Source: an uncultured Bacteroidota bacterium
Lineage (GTDB): Bacteria > Bacteroidota > Bacteroidia > NS11-12g > UBA9320
Assembly (NCBI GenBank): GCA_913054375.1
Contig: CAJXIQ010000002.1
Location: 1-56,151, forward strand
DNA: 56,151 bases
Direction: 5' to 3'
Part shown: positions 9,034-18,324 of the stretch, piece by piece
How the letters are laid out: the number at the start of each line of letters is the position of its first letter
Numbering within the stretch: the first letter of the stretch is position 1
Notes under the pieces: generated by a model
What the model saw: the letters and a program-made list of their open reading frames with translations, nothing else
The model's database searches: none
What the model was told of the DNA's origin: nothing
Position numbers and translations under genes: made by a program

Positions 9034-12000
9034 ATGAAAAAAAACATTACAACACTTAAATTCAGCTTTAACGCCCTAACAAAGGGTATCATGCTGCTTG
9101 CAGGTTACATTCTGCTCTCTTTTGGTTCATACGCTCAGTACCCCGTAGCGATACATTCCAACCAGTTTGGTTATGTATCATGCGCCGAATCTGCGATAGC
9201 ATTGGTGCAAGTAGAAGATGACAAAGGGAATATTGTCTTTACAAAAACAGATGATTGTAATGGACCGACAACCGTATTTGGTACTACTGCTAATCCAGTA
9301 TTTACACTTTCTGCAGGATCCAGTTATACTATACGTATTAATACAGTGGGTAGAACACCAGTATCTTCTTTTTTTGATACAAGGTCAACTGGAGCCATTT
9401 ATCTTGATTATAATAACGATTTTGACTTTACTGATGCAGGAGAATATATAACTACAGGACAGACAGGACAGGATATTCCAGGAGCTATAGGCAATAATAC
9501 TTATCCTCCTGCCCCTGCAACTTCAAGAGCAAAAACCTTCACTGTACCATGTACCGCTGTTGGTGGAATCACACGTTTACGTGTCCGTACATCTGACTTT
9601 TCGGGTGTTAGTGCTGCCACTTCATCCAGTCGATTTACTGATGGCGAAACAGAAGATTTTGTAATAAACATTGCAAAACCAGCTTCAGTAACTAGCGCAT
9701 TCTTTATACCAGACACTGCTTTTACTGGAACTTTGGTGAACATAACTAACTCCAATCAAAACGGTTATCTATCTCACGAATGGACTATCGACGGGACAAA
9801 AACTTCTACAGTTAATACAGGTTACGCATTTTCTCCTGCAGGCACATACGATGTAAAACTTAAAAGCACCAACTGTCTTGGAACCGATTCTACTACGAAA
9901 AGTATTGTGATTGTCGATCCTACGGCACCTGCCGTTTCAGATTTTGTTTCAGATAAAAACGTTGTCGAACTATATGAACCTGTAAGTTTAATCGATTTAA
10001 GTACCAACGGCCCTACCTATTGGAATTGGGTTATTAGCAATGGTGTAGACACCATAGATGGTGACGATGACCCTTCTCTTAGAGGAGGTAATCCACGCAT
10101 CAACCAAAACCCTATTATATACACTTCAAATGGGAATAGTACAGTAGGTCTAGGTGTATGGACTGTTACACTTACTGCATCTAACGCTATCAACGGTTCT
10201 GCACCAGAAACAAAGATTGGATACATAACTGTACAACGCTCCTCGTATAACATGGGTGCAGCTACTGCTCTTCCTGCAGGTGTCATCACTATACCAAGTG
10301 GTGAGCTATTTGACAAAGGTGGGCCGACTGGCAACTACAGCTCTCCAGATTACAACGAAGCTCTTATTGCTCCGTGTGGTGCTCAAAGCGTAACACTAGA
10401 GTTTACTCAATTTGAAGTTCGTGCAAATGCAACACTCAAAATATATGACGGCTTGAATGCTCTTGCTACTCCTTTACACACGGGTAACGGATACACACTG
10501 GGTAACGAACCTACTGGACCGATTACAGCTTCATCTGGAGCTATGTACCTTCTTTGGACGACAAGAGCAGGTGTTAATACCGTTGGGTTTGCTGCTAATT
10601 GGTCTTCTGTGGATGGTGTAGTAGGCGCTACTCCTGTAGCTGGTTTTACATTGCCTAATACGACTTTATATAACACTGTTCCTGTATCATTTAAAAACAC
10701 TTCTTTAAATGCCGGTGGTAATACTGCCCTTGAGTGGACACTTACTGGACCAGAGAATTTCACATCTAACTTAACCGATTTTGATTATACATTCCTCTCC
10801 AATGGTAGCTACACACTCTCTCTTAAAGCAATTACTTGTGACAACCAAGTAAGTACATCAACACAGTCTTTTACTGTAGTTTCTCCTACGACGCCTACCA
10901 ATCTTGATTTTGTCGCTGACAATCAAAGACCTAATATAGGTGATGCTGTTACGATAACAGCTACTAGCGATAAAGCAAATAACTGGGAATGGTCTATTTT
11001 CCCTTTAACGGGATGGGAAGCAGATACACGTCCAAATACATCCAATGTACGATCATTTACATTTAACCAACCAGGGGTTTATACGGTACAGTGTAGAGCG
11101 TATAACTCTACGAACGAATTGGCCTCTGAAGCTACGGTTGTGAAAACGTCTTACATCCTTGTAGTTGAATATTGTACTCCTATTATCGGGGTTACTACTT
11201 CCACTGATATAGGCATAAGCTACTTTAGTTTAACTGACCCTCTATCTGGTACGTCTTTCGAAAACAGCTCAGCTACAGGTGTAGAATATACAGACTACTC
11301 TGACCTTGGTGCTATTGACCTTAATTTTGGAGGTACGTATACCTTCGAAGTTAAAAGACCTAGTAACGTAAATGATATGTCTCGCAAAATGTGGATCGAT
11401 TGGAACGTAGATGGTGACTTTGATGATGCCGGTGAAGAAGTAGCTGCTGAAGCTGTAGGTAACAACATGTCTTGGACCAGTTCTTTCACTGTTCCAGATG
11501 CTAATACTGCTTTTGAAGCAACTACCAGAGCTCGTATTGGAGTATCGTATGATACAGATCCTAACGAAGCGTGTGGGGCTTCTTCTAACCCAAATGCTAA
11601 CCGTATTGGTGAGTTTGAGGACTACCTTATTCGTGTAGTAAACGATGGAGATGAGCCTGTAATCACTCTAATAGATGCAGATACTGTATTTATAGAGCAA
11701 AATGCCACTCCACCTTACGTAGCCCTAGGTGCTACAGCACTAGATCCTTCTCAAGGCGACATTTCGGGTAATATTACAATTACTTCTGACCTGGATCAGT
11801 CTCTTGCTGGGGTATACTACGAGGTATACAATGTTATGGATGCATCAGGAAATCCTGCAGAACCCGTTACGCGTGTAATATATGTTGTAGCTGACCAAAC
11901 GGCTCCAGCAATTACAATCAATGGAGCAAACGATGTTACTATTGAAGTTGGTACTCCTTATGTAGATCTTGGAGCTACTGCTCTAGATAATACTGAAGGC

Positions 12001-13191
12001 GACCTTACAGCTGCTATTGTAATTTCAGGTAACGTAGATGAAAATTTGCTCGGTGTTTACACTATTACATACAGCATCCAAGATAATCAAGGTAATGCAT
12101 CTTCTGAAACACGTACTGTACGTGTAATAGATTCACAACTGCCTATCATTGACAATGCTAGTGCCGATAAATCAACTGCGTGCTGGACTGTAGAAGTTCA
12201 ACTCCAAAATATATTTGCGGATATCACTTCGGCTTCTGATAACTACAACAGTATAGGTAGTGGTTTAACATTTACTGCTACTCCAGCTTCTCCACAAGGA
12301 GGTGCAGCTGTAGATACACGTTTCCAGGGTACCACCTCAGTTACGTATACGGCTACAGACGAAAGTGGTAACATCACCATACAGTGTGTAGACTATGTAG
12401 TAAGAGACTACGTTGCTCCAGAAATAAGCCTACGTACACTAGATGTTGTAAACCACAGAGTGAACACTCCGTACACACCAATAAGCGCAACTGCTTCTGA
12501 TAACTTATACTCAAGTACTCAGATCAGTTTAACTTCGACATCTAACGTAGATGCTTATGTGCTTGGTACATACCAAGATACCTATACCGCTACAGATGCA
12601 GCGGGTAATACAACTACTAAAGTTAGAACAGTAAATGTAATTGACGACTTGAGCCCGGTAATAAGCGGTAAATCAGGCGGTGTACTTACAGTGGGTGTTG
12701 GTTCTAGTGTTGATGCACTTGACTATATTACTTTCACCGATAACTATGACGCTCCAGGTGATCTATTGACAAACCACACCCTAGTCTATAACAATATCAA
12801 TTTACAAGAAGCTGGTTTATACTCAGCGGTATTTAGAACTGAAGATAACTCAGGTAACCGTTCTAATGAATTTACCTTGTATGTTCATGTTAAATACAAC
12901 TATGATGTAATCACGAATAGTGTAAATGACCTCAACTTGGAAGATTTACTAAGTGTTAATCCTAATCCAACTTCGGGTAATGTTAACATCAATGTAAACC
13001 TTCCTGAAAATGAAGTGATCAACCTTGCTATCTTTAACACTATGGGCCAGCAAGTGGCACTAGTTAAAAATGGTAAAGCTCAAAACGGAACCTTTAACGT
13101 TAGCCTAGCTAACCAAGCAGATGGTATATACTACGTTCAAATGAACGTTCAAAATAAAATCATCACGAAAAAAATCGTTTTGAATAAATAG
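9034..13191 (+). CDS. Giant T9SS-secreted multidomain adhesin-like protein, copy 2 (different GEVED-type head, identical body)
   Basis: Signal/anchor LTKGIMLLAGYILLSFGSYAQ. Head has IYLDYNNDFDFTDAGE...DGETEDF. From VTSAFFIPDTAF to the stop it is identical to copy 1 (1167 aa). Confidence 0.85.
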   Translation: MKKNITTLKFSFNALTKGIMLLAGYILLSFGSYAQYPVAIHSNQFGYVSCAESAIALVQVEDDKGNIVFTKTDDCNGPTTVFGTTANPVFTLSAGSSYTIRINTVGRTPVSSFFDTRSTGAIYLDYNNDFDFTDAGEYITTGQTGQDIPGAIGNNTYPPAPATSRAKTFTVPCTAVGGITRLRVRTSDFSGVSAATSSSRFTDGETEDFVINIAKPASVTSAFFIPDTAFTGTLVNITNSNQNGYLSHEWTIDGTKTSTVNTGYAFSPAGTYDVKLKSTNCLGTDSTTKSIVIVDPTAPAVSDFVSDKNVVELYEPVSLIDLSTNGPTYWNWVISNGVDTIDGDDDPSLRGGNPRINQNPIIYTSNGNSTVGLGVWTVTLTASNAINGSAPETKIGYITVQRSSYNMGAATALPAGVITIPSGELFDKGGPTGNYSSPDYNEALIAPCGAQSVTLEFTQFEVRANATLKIYDGLNALATPLHTGNGYTLGNEPTGPITASSGAMYLLWTTRAGVNTVGFAANWSSVDGVVGATPVAGFTLPNTTLYNTVPVSFKNTSLNAGGNTALEWTLTGPENFTSNLTDFDYTFLSNGSYTLSLKAITCDNQVSTSTQSFTVVSPTTPTNLDFVADNQRPNIGDAVTITATSDKANNWEWSIFPLTGWEADTRPNTSNVRSFTFNQPGVYTVQCRAYNSTNELASEATVVKTSYILVVEYCTPIIGVTTSTDIGISYFSLTDPLSGTSFENSSATGVEYTDYSDLGAIDLNFGGTYTFEVKRPSNVNDMSRKMWIDWNVDGDFDDAGEEVAAEAVGNNMSWTSSFTVPDANTAFEATTRARIGVSYDTDPNEACGASSNPNANRIGEFEDYLIRVVNDGDEPVITLIDADTVFIEQNATPPYVALGATALDPSQGDISGNITITSDLDQSLAGVYYEVYNVMDASGNPAEPVTRVIYVVADQTAPAITINGANDVTIEVGTPYVDLGATALDNTEGDLTAAIVISGNVDENLLGVYTITYSIQDNQGNASSETRTVRVIDSQLPIIDNASADKSTACWTVEVQLQNIFADITSASDNYNSIGSGLTFTATPASPQGGAAVDTRFQGTTSVTYTATDESGNITIQCVDYVVRDYVAPEISLRTLDVVNHRVNTPYTPISATASDNLYSSTQISLTSTSNVDAYVLGTYQDTYTATDAAGNTTTKVRTVNVIDDLSPVISGKSGGVLTVGVGSSVDALDYITFTDNYDAPGDLLTNHTLVYNNINLQEAGLYSAVFRTEDNSGNRSNEFTLYVHVKYNYDVITNSVNDLNLEDLLSVNPNPTSGNVNINVNLPENEVINLAIFNTMGQQVALVKNGKAQNGTFNVSLANQADGIYYVQMNVQNKIITKKIVLNK

Positions 13192-13258
13192 GAATATCCA
13201 TTCTTATACTAATATTGAAGGCCCAACTAATGTTGGGCCTTTTTATTTTCAGTTTTTT
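9687..13258 (+). repeat. Direct repeat copy B (3572 nt)
   Basis: See copy A. The only differences seen lie in the about 30 nt after the stop codon (G/A at 8824/13206; aaaaa vs attgaa before the terminator stem). Confidence 0.95.
13220..13249 (+). terminator. Rho-independent terminator of adhesin copy 2
   Basis: Same ggcccaac-taat-gttgggcc hairpin plus T-run as at 8837-8866. Confidence 0.8.
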
Positions 13259-13284
13259 TGCAACCATTCTATGACAATAGTGTC
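13257..13284 (+). promoter_or_regulatory. Candidate autoregulated ECF-type promoter (TTTGCAACC-N12-TAGTGTC)
   Basis: AAC-type -35 and GTC-type -10 elements at ECF-like spacing, 20 nt upstream of the sigma start codon. The motif is duplicated at 8952-8979. Confidence 0.5.
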
Positions 13285-13304
13285 TAACCTAATACAAGAG
13301 CAAA

Positions 13305-13838
13305 TTGATTAGTGACCAAGAACTTATACAACGATGTAAGAACAACGATCAGTCTGCTCAAAAAATGCTCTTTGAAAAGTATGCCAATAGAATGATGGCA
13401 GTTTGCATGAGGTACTGTAAAAACCAAGATGACGCAAAAGACTTGCTTCAAGACGGGTTTTACAAAGTCTTTGTAAATATCAAGACGTTTAAAGGTAATA
13501 GTACCATTTCCACTTGGATGACTCGTGTTTTTATAAACCTAGCACTAAACAAACAACGCTTAGGTAGAAATAAATACGACCACTATGAGTTTGATCCTGC
13601 AAAGGAAAAAGCTACCGAGGACCCATACCAAGAGGAACCGCCAGCCATTGCACCAGAAAAGGTGCTAGCTGCACTAAACCAACTTCCCGATATTTATAAG
13701 ATTGTATTAAACATGTACGCTGTAGACAGTATGTCTCACAAAGAAATAGCCAAAAAACTTGGCATTTCTGTAGGATCATCTAAAAGCAGGCTTTCCAGAG
13801 GACGTGTATTGCTGAATACTTTGTTACAAAACAAATAG
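13305..13838 (+). CDS. ECF-subfamily RNA polymerase sigma-70 factor
   Basis: Region 2 DLLQDGFYKVF and region 4 HTH MSHKEIAKKLGISVGSSKSRLSRGR. 177 aa, TTG start. Confidence 0.9.
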   Translation: MISDQELIQRCKNNDQSAQKMLFEKYANRMMAVCMRYCKNQDDAKDLLQDGFYKVFVNIKTFKGNSTISTWMTRVFINLALNKQRLGRNKYDHYEFDPAKEKATEDPYQEEPPAIAPEKVLAALNQLPDIYKIVLNMYAVDSMSHKEIAKKLGISVGSSKSRLSRGRVLLNTLLQNK

Positions 13839-13848
13839 AGGCTTTAGA

Positions 13849-15162
13849 TTGGATAATTTACAACATATCGACGACCTGCTCAGACAAGCATCCCAAGTGC
13901 CCGCCAATGCCTTGGTGAATGCCTCTGACTGGGCAGTAGTTGAGAAGAGATTGAAGCGACGGAAGAACCGTATATACACTGTATGGTTTTTTCTAGCTTT
14001 AATTTCTGTATCTAGTCTTGGAGTACTCATTCACCACGAAAACTCCAACGCGCCTATTGAACATATTGCAAAGGCTCCACGCTCAATAGCAGATACGCAT
14101 AATAACCTTCTGAATTCCCAAGATACACAACACGTTAAGATTGTAGAATCTACTCATAAAAGCCACCTAAGGCCAATAGCACCGGAGACCCGCGTAAACC
14201 ATACTCAAACAGTTCACATCCCTGCTACACCAGCGCACACCCGTACAACTAACGCTGTAAGCACACCGACACGATCCACTGAACATGTTCCGTATACGCC
14301 TTCGAAGGCCTTTACCTTGCTACCTATTCGTAGCCAGCTACCATCGCCATCCACAGAAACTGTTCCTCCAAATACACTGCACCTGATCCCACTCACTAAA
14401 ATAGTACGCACCGCAACTGTCGCAAAAACGATCAGTACGCATGAAAACACCTTACCTGACCACGAAACACACTGGGAAATAGGTATATCCTTTACACCTA
14501 GCCTATCCAGCAAAATCACTTCTGAAAACGCACGATTAAATGGACTAATAAACCGATCTTACTATGACAAAGTAGCGAACAGCGAAACCTCAGCGTTTTC
14601 GAATACTTTTGGCTTTAACACGCAGTACCATGCCAAAAAGTGGTTTATTTCCTCTGGCTTATTTATGACACAACGCACAGAACAGCTGGACTACAACTAC
14701 CAAATCACTGAAGGCCCTAACCATAATGCTACGGTAATTTATGGATATGTACCACTAGACCCACAATCATACGAATCTGTTGTTTATTCCGGGGCAAATT
14801 CATATCATTTCCTTGAAATCCCGCTAAACATTGGGTATAAGACAAGTATTTCACCTAACTTTGAGATAAGAACTCAATTGGGAGCATCCTATATGGCACT
14901 CCTAAGTAGAGAAGGGAAGAAAGGTAACTTCACCACTCTGGAGTTAGAAGATTTAAAGGATTTGCAATTTGCACAACACAATATCGCTGCTAATATAAAG
15001 ACAGGTGTCTACTTGAATAAGCAACGCTTTGTTCTCGGTGTAGAGCCGTTATTTGGCATTAACCTTAACTCACTAAGACCAGCAGAAACGTCAGCTATCA
15101 AAACAAAACCGTATGGATACGGGCTCAATATCACTAGTGCTATTAAACTCTTTAAACTATGA
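13849..15162 (+). CDS. Putative membrane-anchored anti-sigma-like protein with His/Thr/Pro-rich linker and C-terminal OM beta-barrel (PorT/OMP_b-brl_2-like) domain
   Basis: Starts 10 nt after the sigma stop. About 45-aa N-terminal soluble segment, then TM IYTVWFFLALISVSSLGVLI, then an about 150-aa H/T/P-rich segment. The C-terminal alternating-strand region has YHFLEIPLNIGYK and ends in IKLFKL. Confidence 0.55.
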   Translation: MDNLQHIDDLLRQASQVPANALVNASDWAVVEKRLKRRKNRIYTVWFFLALISVSSLGVLIHHENSNAPIEHIAKAPRSIADTHNNLLNSQDTQHVKIVESTHKSHLRPIAPETRVNHTQTVHIPATPAHTRTTNAVSTPTRSTEHVPYTPSKAFTLLPIRSQLPSPSTETVPPNTLHLIPLTKIVRTATVAKTISTHENTLPDHETHWEIGISFTPSLSSKITSENARLNGLINRSYYDKVANSETSAFSNTFGFNTQYHAKKWFISSGLFMTQRTEQLDYNYQITEGPNHNATVIYGYVPLDPQSYESVVYSGANSYHFLEIPLNIGYKTSISPNFEIRTQLGASYMALLSREGKKGNFTTLELEDLKDLQFAQHNIAANIKTGVYLNKQRFVLGVEPLFGINLNSLRPAETSAIKTKPYGYGLNITSAIKLFKL

Positions 15163-17594
15163 GAAGAATAGTATTACATATCGCTGCTCTACTCATCGTA
15201 TGTGCCATGCAAGCACAGATCCTTGCCCCTATGGGTAAAGGATTACCTGCTGCGCCCGACAAGATCGCAAACCATAAAGGTGGCGTAGTTGCTGCTTATG
15301 GTGATAGAGATAATGTCATTAATCTGCAAGTCTGGAATGGCGATTTCTGGTATACATTACCCACCCCAACTTTACCAAAAACAGGTGTTTCCTCTTTGGG
15401 TACCTACAAAATACTTGATTTAATCAGTTTTGAGAATGATATATACCTCATGACTGGATATGACCAAAGCCTTCAGGACGAGGCTACGAATAGCATTTTG
15501 AAATGGAACGGTCTTAGTTGGAGTAATATCAGTGACAATAAGATTTCCAAAAGTTTAGGGTTAAACACCCTTGTAATTGAAGATCAAGCTCTCAAGTGCA
15601 TTGGAAAATTTAAAGAAGGGAATACTGAAGCAAATATTGCGCGTTTTACGGGTTCAAGCTGGTCCTTGGAAGGTAACCTCATCACCAGCAATATAGAAAG
15701 TGATAATTTTACTAGTGTAGTCAAAAAAGGTGAAAATGTTTTTGCCACAGGAAGATTCACAAATCCGCTAGATAACAATCTTTCATTGGTAATGTGGAAC
15801 GGACTAGCGTGGTCATTAACTGATTTTCCGCCTTTTCTAGATAAAAACATTGCCCTTGGAACATACCAAGACAAGATTGTCGTTTTCGGTAAATCGAACT
15901 TTACCACAGCCCCTATTAAGATAAGTCAAGGAAATAACTGGACAGATCTAGCAAATGGACTAGAAAACTACACCGTACAAAATATTTCTCAATTTGCTGA
16001 ATTGGACGGACAACTCATGGCTCTTGGTTCATTTGTCAATAACCAGACAGCGGAACAAACTAAGCTTATGCTTTATGACGGTGAGCAATGGAATCCTTCT
16101 AATGTTGTCCTAAACCAAATTGACCAGATTCATTCATTTGGGAACGTAGTAGCCATAAGCGGCGACTACGATGACAATGGTATACTACGCGGCATTGGCC
16201 AGATTTATGCGGATAAAGCACAGGTAATTACGCGTGTGTTTAATGATAAAAATGGCGACTGTAAAAAAGACGAAGACGAGGATTGGCTGAGGCATTATCC
16301 GGTAAGTATAAATGAAGCACGCCTAGCCCCAACAGGAGATAATGGCGTTCTTTACGCTCAAATAGAAAAAAATAAGCGTTACACTATCAATGCTGCTAAC
16401 TACAGACATTTTGTTCCAACGTGTGACGATATACAGCTAGAGACAACAACGTATAAAACGTACTTTGAAAGTGCCCTTGGTGCAAGACAAGTATTAGGCA
16501 TTAGTGATGCTCAAATATATCTTACTGATAATCAAGGAAATAAGTATTTGTCTGGCGAAGAAAGAGAAGCCATACTCTGTGTATCTAATCTAGGAAGTCA
16601 GCCCATAACAGATGCGACAGTCTCATTAAGCCTGCCACAAGGCTTAGGGAATTTTACATCAGATATAGCTCCAGATGCGGTCACAGATAATATTGCTACA
16701 TGGACAATCAGCCTATCCTCTTCTACTCAAAAGTGCATTGTATTAAACTACAATCTGGGTGGTATTGATGACCAAACGTTGACTGCAGAGGTAGTGCTAG
16801 CTGATGGTGTAGCAGACGAAGACATAACAAATAATCAGTCTGACTTCACCTACTATACAGGAGAATCCTTGTCCAACAACAAGCAGTGCTTAAGCGGCGA
16901 GAATATTAGCCCTTCTGAACACCAACTGCGGTATAAAATAAATATTAAGAATGATAATGCAGCTACCGTCAAAGCCATCAAAATAGTAGACATCCTAGAT
17001 GATGATATTATTAGAAGTGTAAAAGGTATTTATATCACTACAAGTCATCCAGACGCTACAAATTACACCGACTACGAGTTTGTAACCAATGAGAACGGCA
17101 AGCAAGCATTAAAATTGATTACTACCATAGAAGGTGTTTCCATTCCACGTGCTAGTGAAAATGACGTTCTTTCTAGGGCCTTTATAGACTATCAGATTGG
17201 GATTCGTGGCGACCTTATGATCGAGGATGCAGAAATTTGTAATACGGCTAAGATTTACCTTTCATTTGATAATGGCGTATACGGAGAGGCACTTGTCACC
17301 AACACCGTATGTAGCTACATGAGTGAAACGCTTGGTATTACAAACAGCATTGACCTACCCCCTTCTATTGACGATTTAGACATAGGACCAAATCCGGTTT
17401 CTGATAAGGTTGTAATATCAAATAGCAGACACAATTCAGTGCGTATATCTGTGCTAAATAGTCTGGGTCAAAAGCTTACGCAGATAGATGTAAAGGAACA
17501 CTCGAACGTACGACTAGATGTGTCGCAATACCGCCCAGGTATATATTTCCTATATGCTAATGGACTATTTGCCAAGAAAATTGTTATCCATTAA
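15159..17594 (+). CDS. T9SS-secreted protein: six-bladed propeller-like repeats, SdrD-B/DUF11-like repeats, T9SS CTD
   Basis: ATGA overlap with the upstream gene. Six WNGxxW-type repeats: VWNGDFW, KWNGLSW, FTGSSW, MWNGLAW, SQGNNW, YDGEQW. VFNDKNGDCKKDEDED. CTD IGPNPVSDKVVISN...GIYFLYANGLFAKKIVIH. Confidence 0.75.
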   Translation: MRRIVLHIAALLIVCAMQAQILAPMGKGLPAAPDKIANHKGGVVAAYGDRDNVINLQVWNGDFWYTLPTPTLPKTGVSSLGTYKILDLISFENDIYLMTGYDQSLQDEATNSILKWNGLSWSNISDNKISKSLGLNTLVIEDQALKCIGKFKEGNTEANIARFTGSSWSLEGNLITSNIESDNFTSVVKKGENVFATGRFTNPLDNNLSLVMWNGLAWSLTDFPPFLDKNIALGTYQDKIVVFGKSNFTTAPIKISQGNNWTDLANGLENYTVQNISQFAELDGQLMALGSFVNNQTAEQTKLMLYDGEQWNPSNVVLNQIDQIHSFGNVVAISGDYDDNGILRGIGQIYADKAQVITRVFNDKNGDCKKDEDEDWLRHYPVSINEARLAPTGDNGVLYAQIEKNKRYTINAANYRHFVPTCDDIQLETTTYKTYFESALGARQVLGISDAQIYLTDNQGNKYLSGEEREAILCVSNLGSQPITDATVSLSLPQGLGNFTSDIAPDAVTDNIATWTISLSSSTQKCIVLNYNLGGIDDQTLTAEVVLADGVADEDITNNQSDFTYYTGESLSNNKQCLSGENISPSEHQLRYKINIKNDNAATVKAIKIVDILDDDIIRSVKGIYITTSHPDATNYTDYEFVTNENGKQALKLITTIEGVSIPRASENDVLSRAFIDYQIGIRGDLMIEDAEICNTAKIYLSFDNGVYGEALVTNTVCSYMSETLGITNSIDLPPSIDDLDIGPNPVSDKVVISNSRHNSVRISVLNSLGQKLTQIDVKEHSNVRLDVSQYRPGIYFLYANGLFAKKIVIH

Positions 17595-18280
17595 ATAGCT
17601 ACTGCTAAAGAAGCTAAGCTGAGCTTCAAACCTTCTACATCTAAGAGGACAGATCCACATGATTCCATTGTTGAGCCAGTGGTAATCACATCGTCTATAA
17701 GTAAAACATTCTTGCCTTGTATCCGTGATGGATCTATAACCCTGAATAATTCTTTAGAATTAACATACCGATCATACCGCTTTTTTTTGGTTTGAGTACT
17801 GTTGTGCCTTTCTCTTACGACCACGTCTGAGATCATCGGTATTTTCATTGCCTCACACAGCCCATGACCAAGCAAATCACACTGATTATATCCCCTTAGC
17901 ATTTGTCTTTTAGGATGCAACGGAATGGGTATCACGCAGTCAATAGTGCTAAAATTACCTGTTCTAATAAGGGCATCGCCGAGCCATTTACCCATTTCTA
18001 TGCCAAGATGAGTATCCCCTTTGTATTTTAACGCATGCATTAATTTTTTTACATCATTTGTGCCCTTATACGACAAATACGCTGTAGCAGCCTCCAACTT
18101 TAGCCGGCCCCAAAATTTCTTGGCCAATGGGTTGTCAAGCGCTGCAATTAACTCAAACTTGGAAAGCGTATATAAACATAAGTCACAAACAGACACCTCT
18201 TGCTTACTTAGGTACCCATCGCAACAAACACATAAGTTTGGGAAAAGCATTTGACCTACCGATGCCAACAAATTCTTCAT
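17591..18280 (-). CDS. comF: ComF-family phosphoribosyltransferase-like protein
   Basis: N-terminal Cys pairs (CVCCDG, CDLC) and PRTase motif VLLIDDVITTGST. Confidence 0.8.
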   Translation of the reverse strand: MKNLLASVGQMLFPNLCVCCDGYLSKQEVSVCDLCLYTLSKFELIAALDNPLAKKFWGRLKLEAATAYLSYKGTNDVKKLMHALKYKGDTHLGIEMGKWLGDALIRTGNFSTIDCVIPIPLHPKRQMLRGYNQCDLLGHGLCEAMKIPMISDVVVRERHNSTQTKKKRYDRYVNSKELFRVIDPSRIQGKNVLLIDDVITTGSTMESCGSVLLDVEGLKLSLASLAVAI

Positions 18281-18324
18281 TTAATGCTCAAATTAGGTGA
18301 AATACAAGACCTTTGCAACTATCT

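Noticed and set aside
4629-13304. Composite transposon or IS-mediated duplication of the adhesin unit
   Set aside because: There is no transposase ORF and no terminal inverted repeats at the repeat borders. The borders coincide with a protein-domain boundary and a terminator, which points to homologous processes rather than transposition.
14214-14519. 101-aa minus-strand ORF
   Set aside because: It is a shadow of the His/Thr/Pro-rich linker region of the anti-sigma-like gene. Biased composition suppresses stop codons on the opposite strand.
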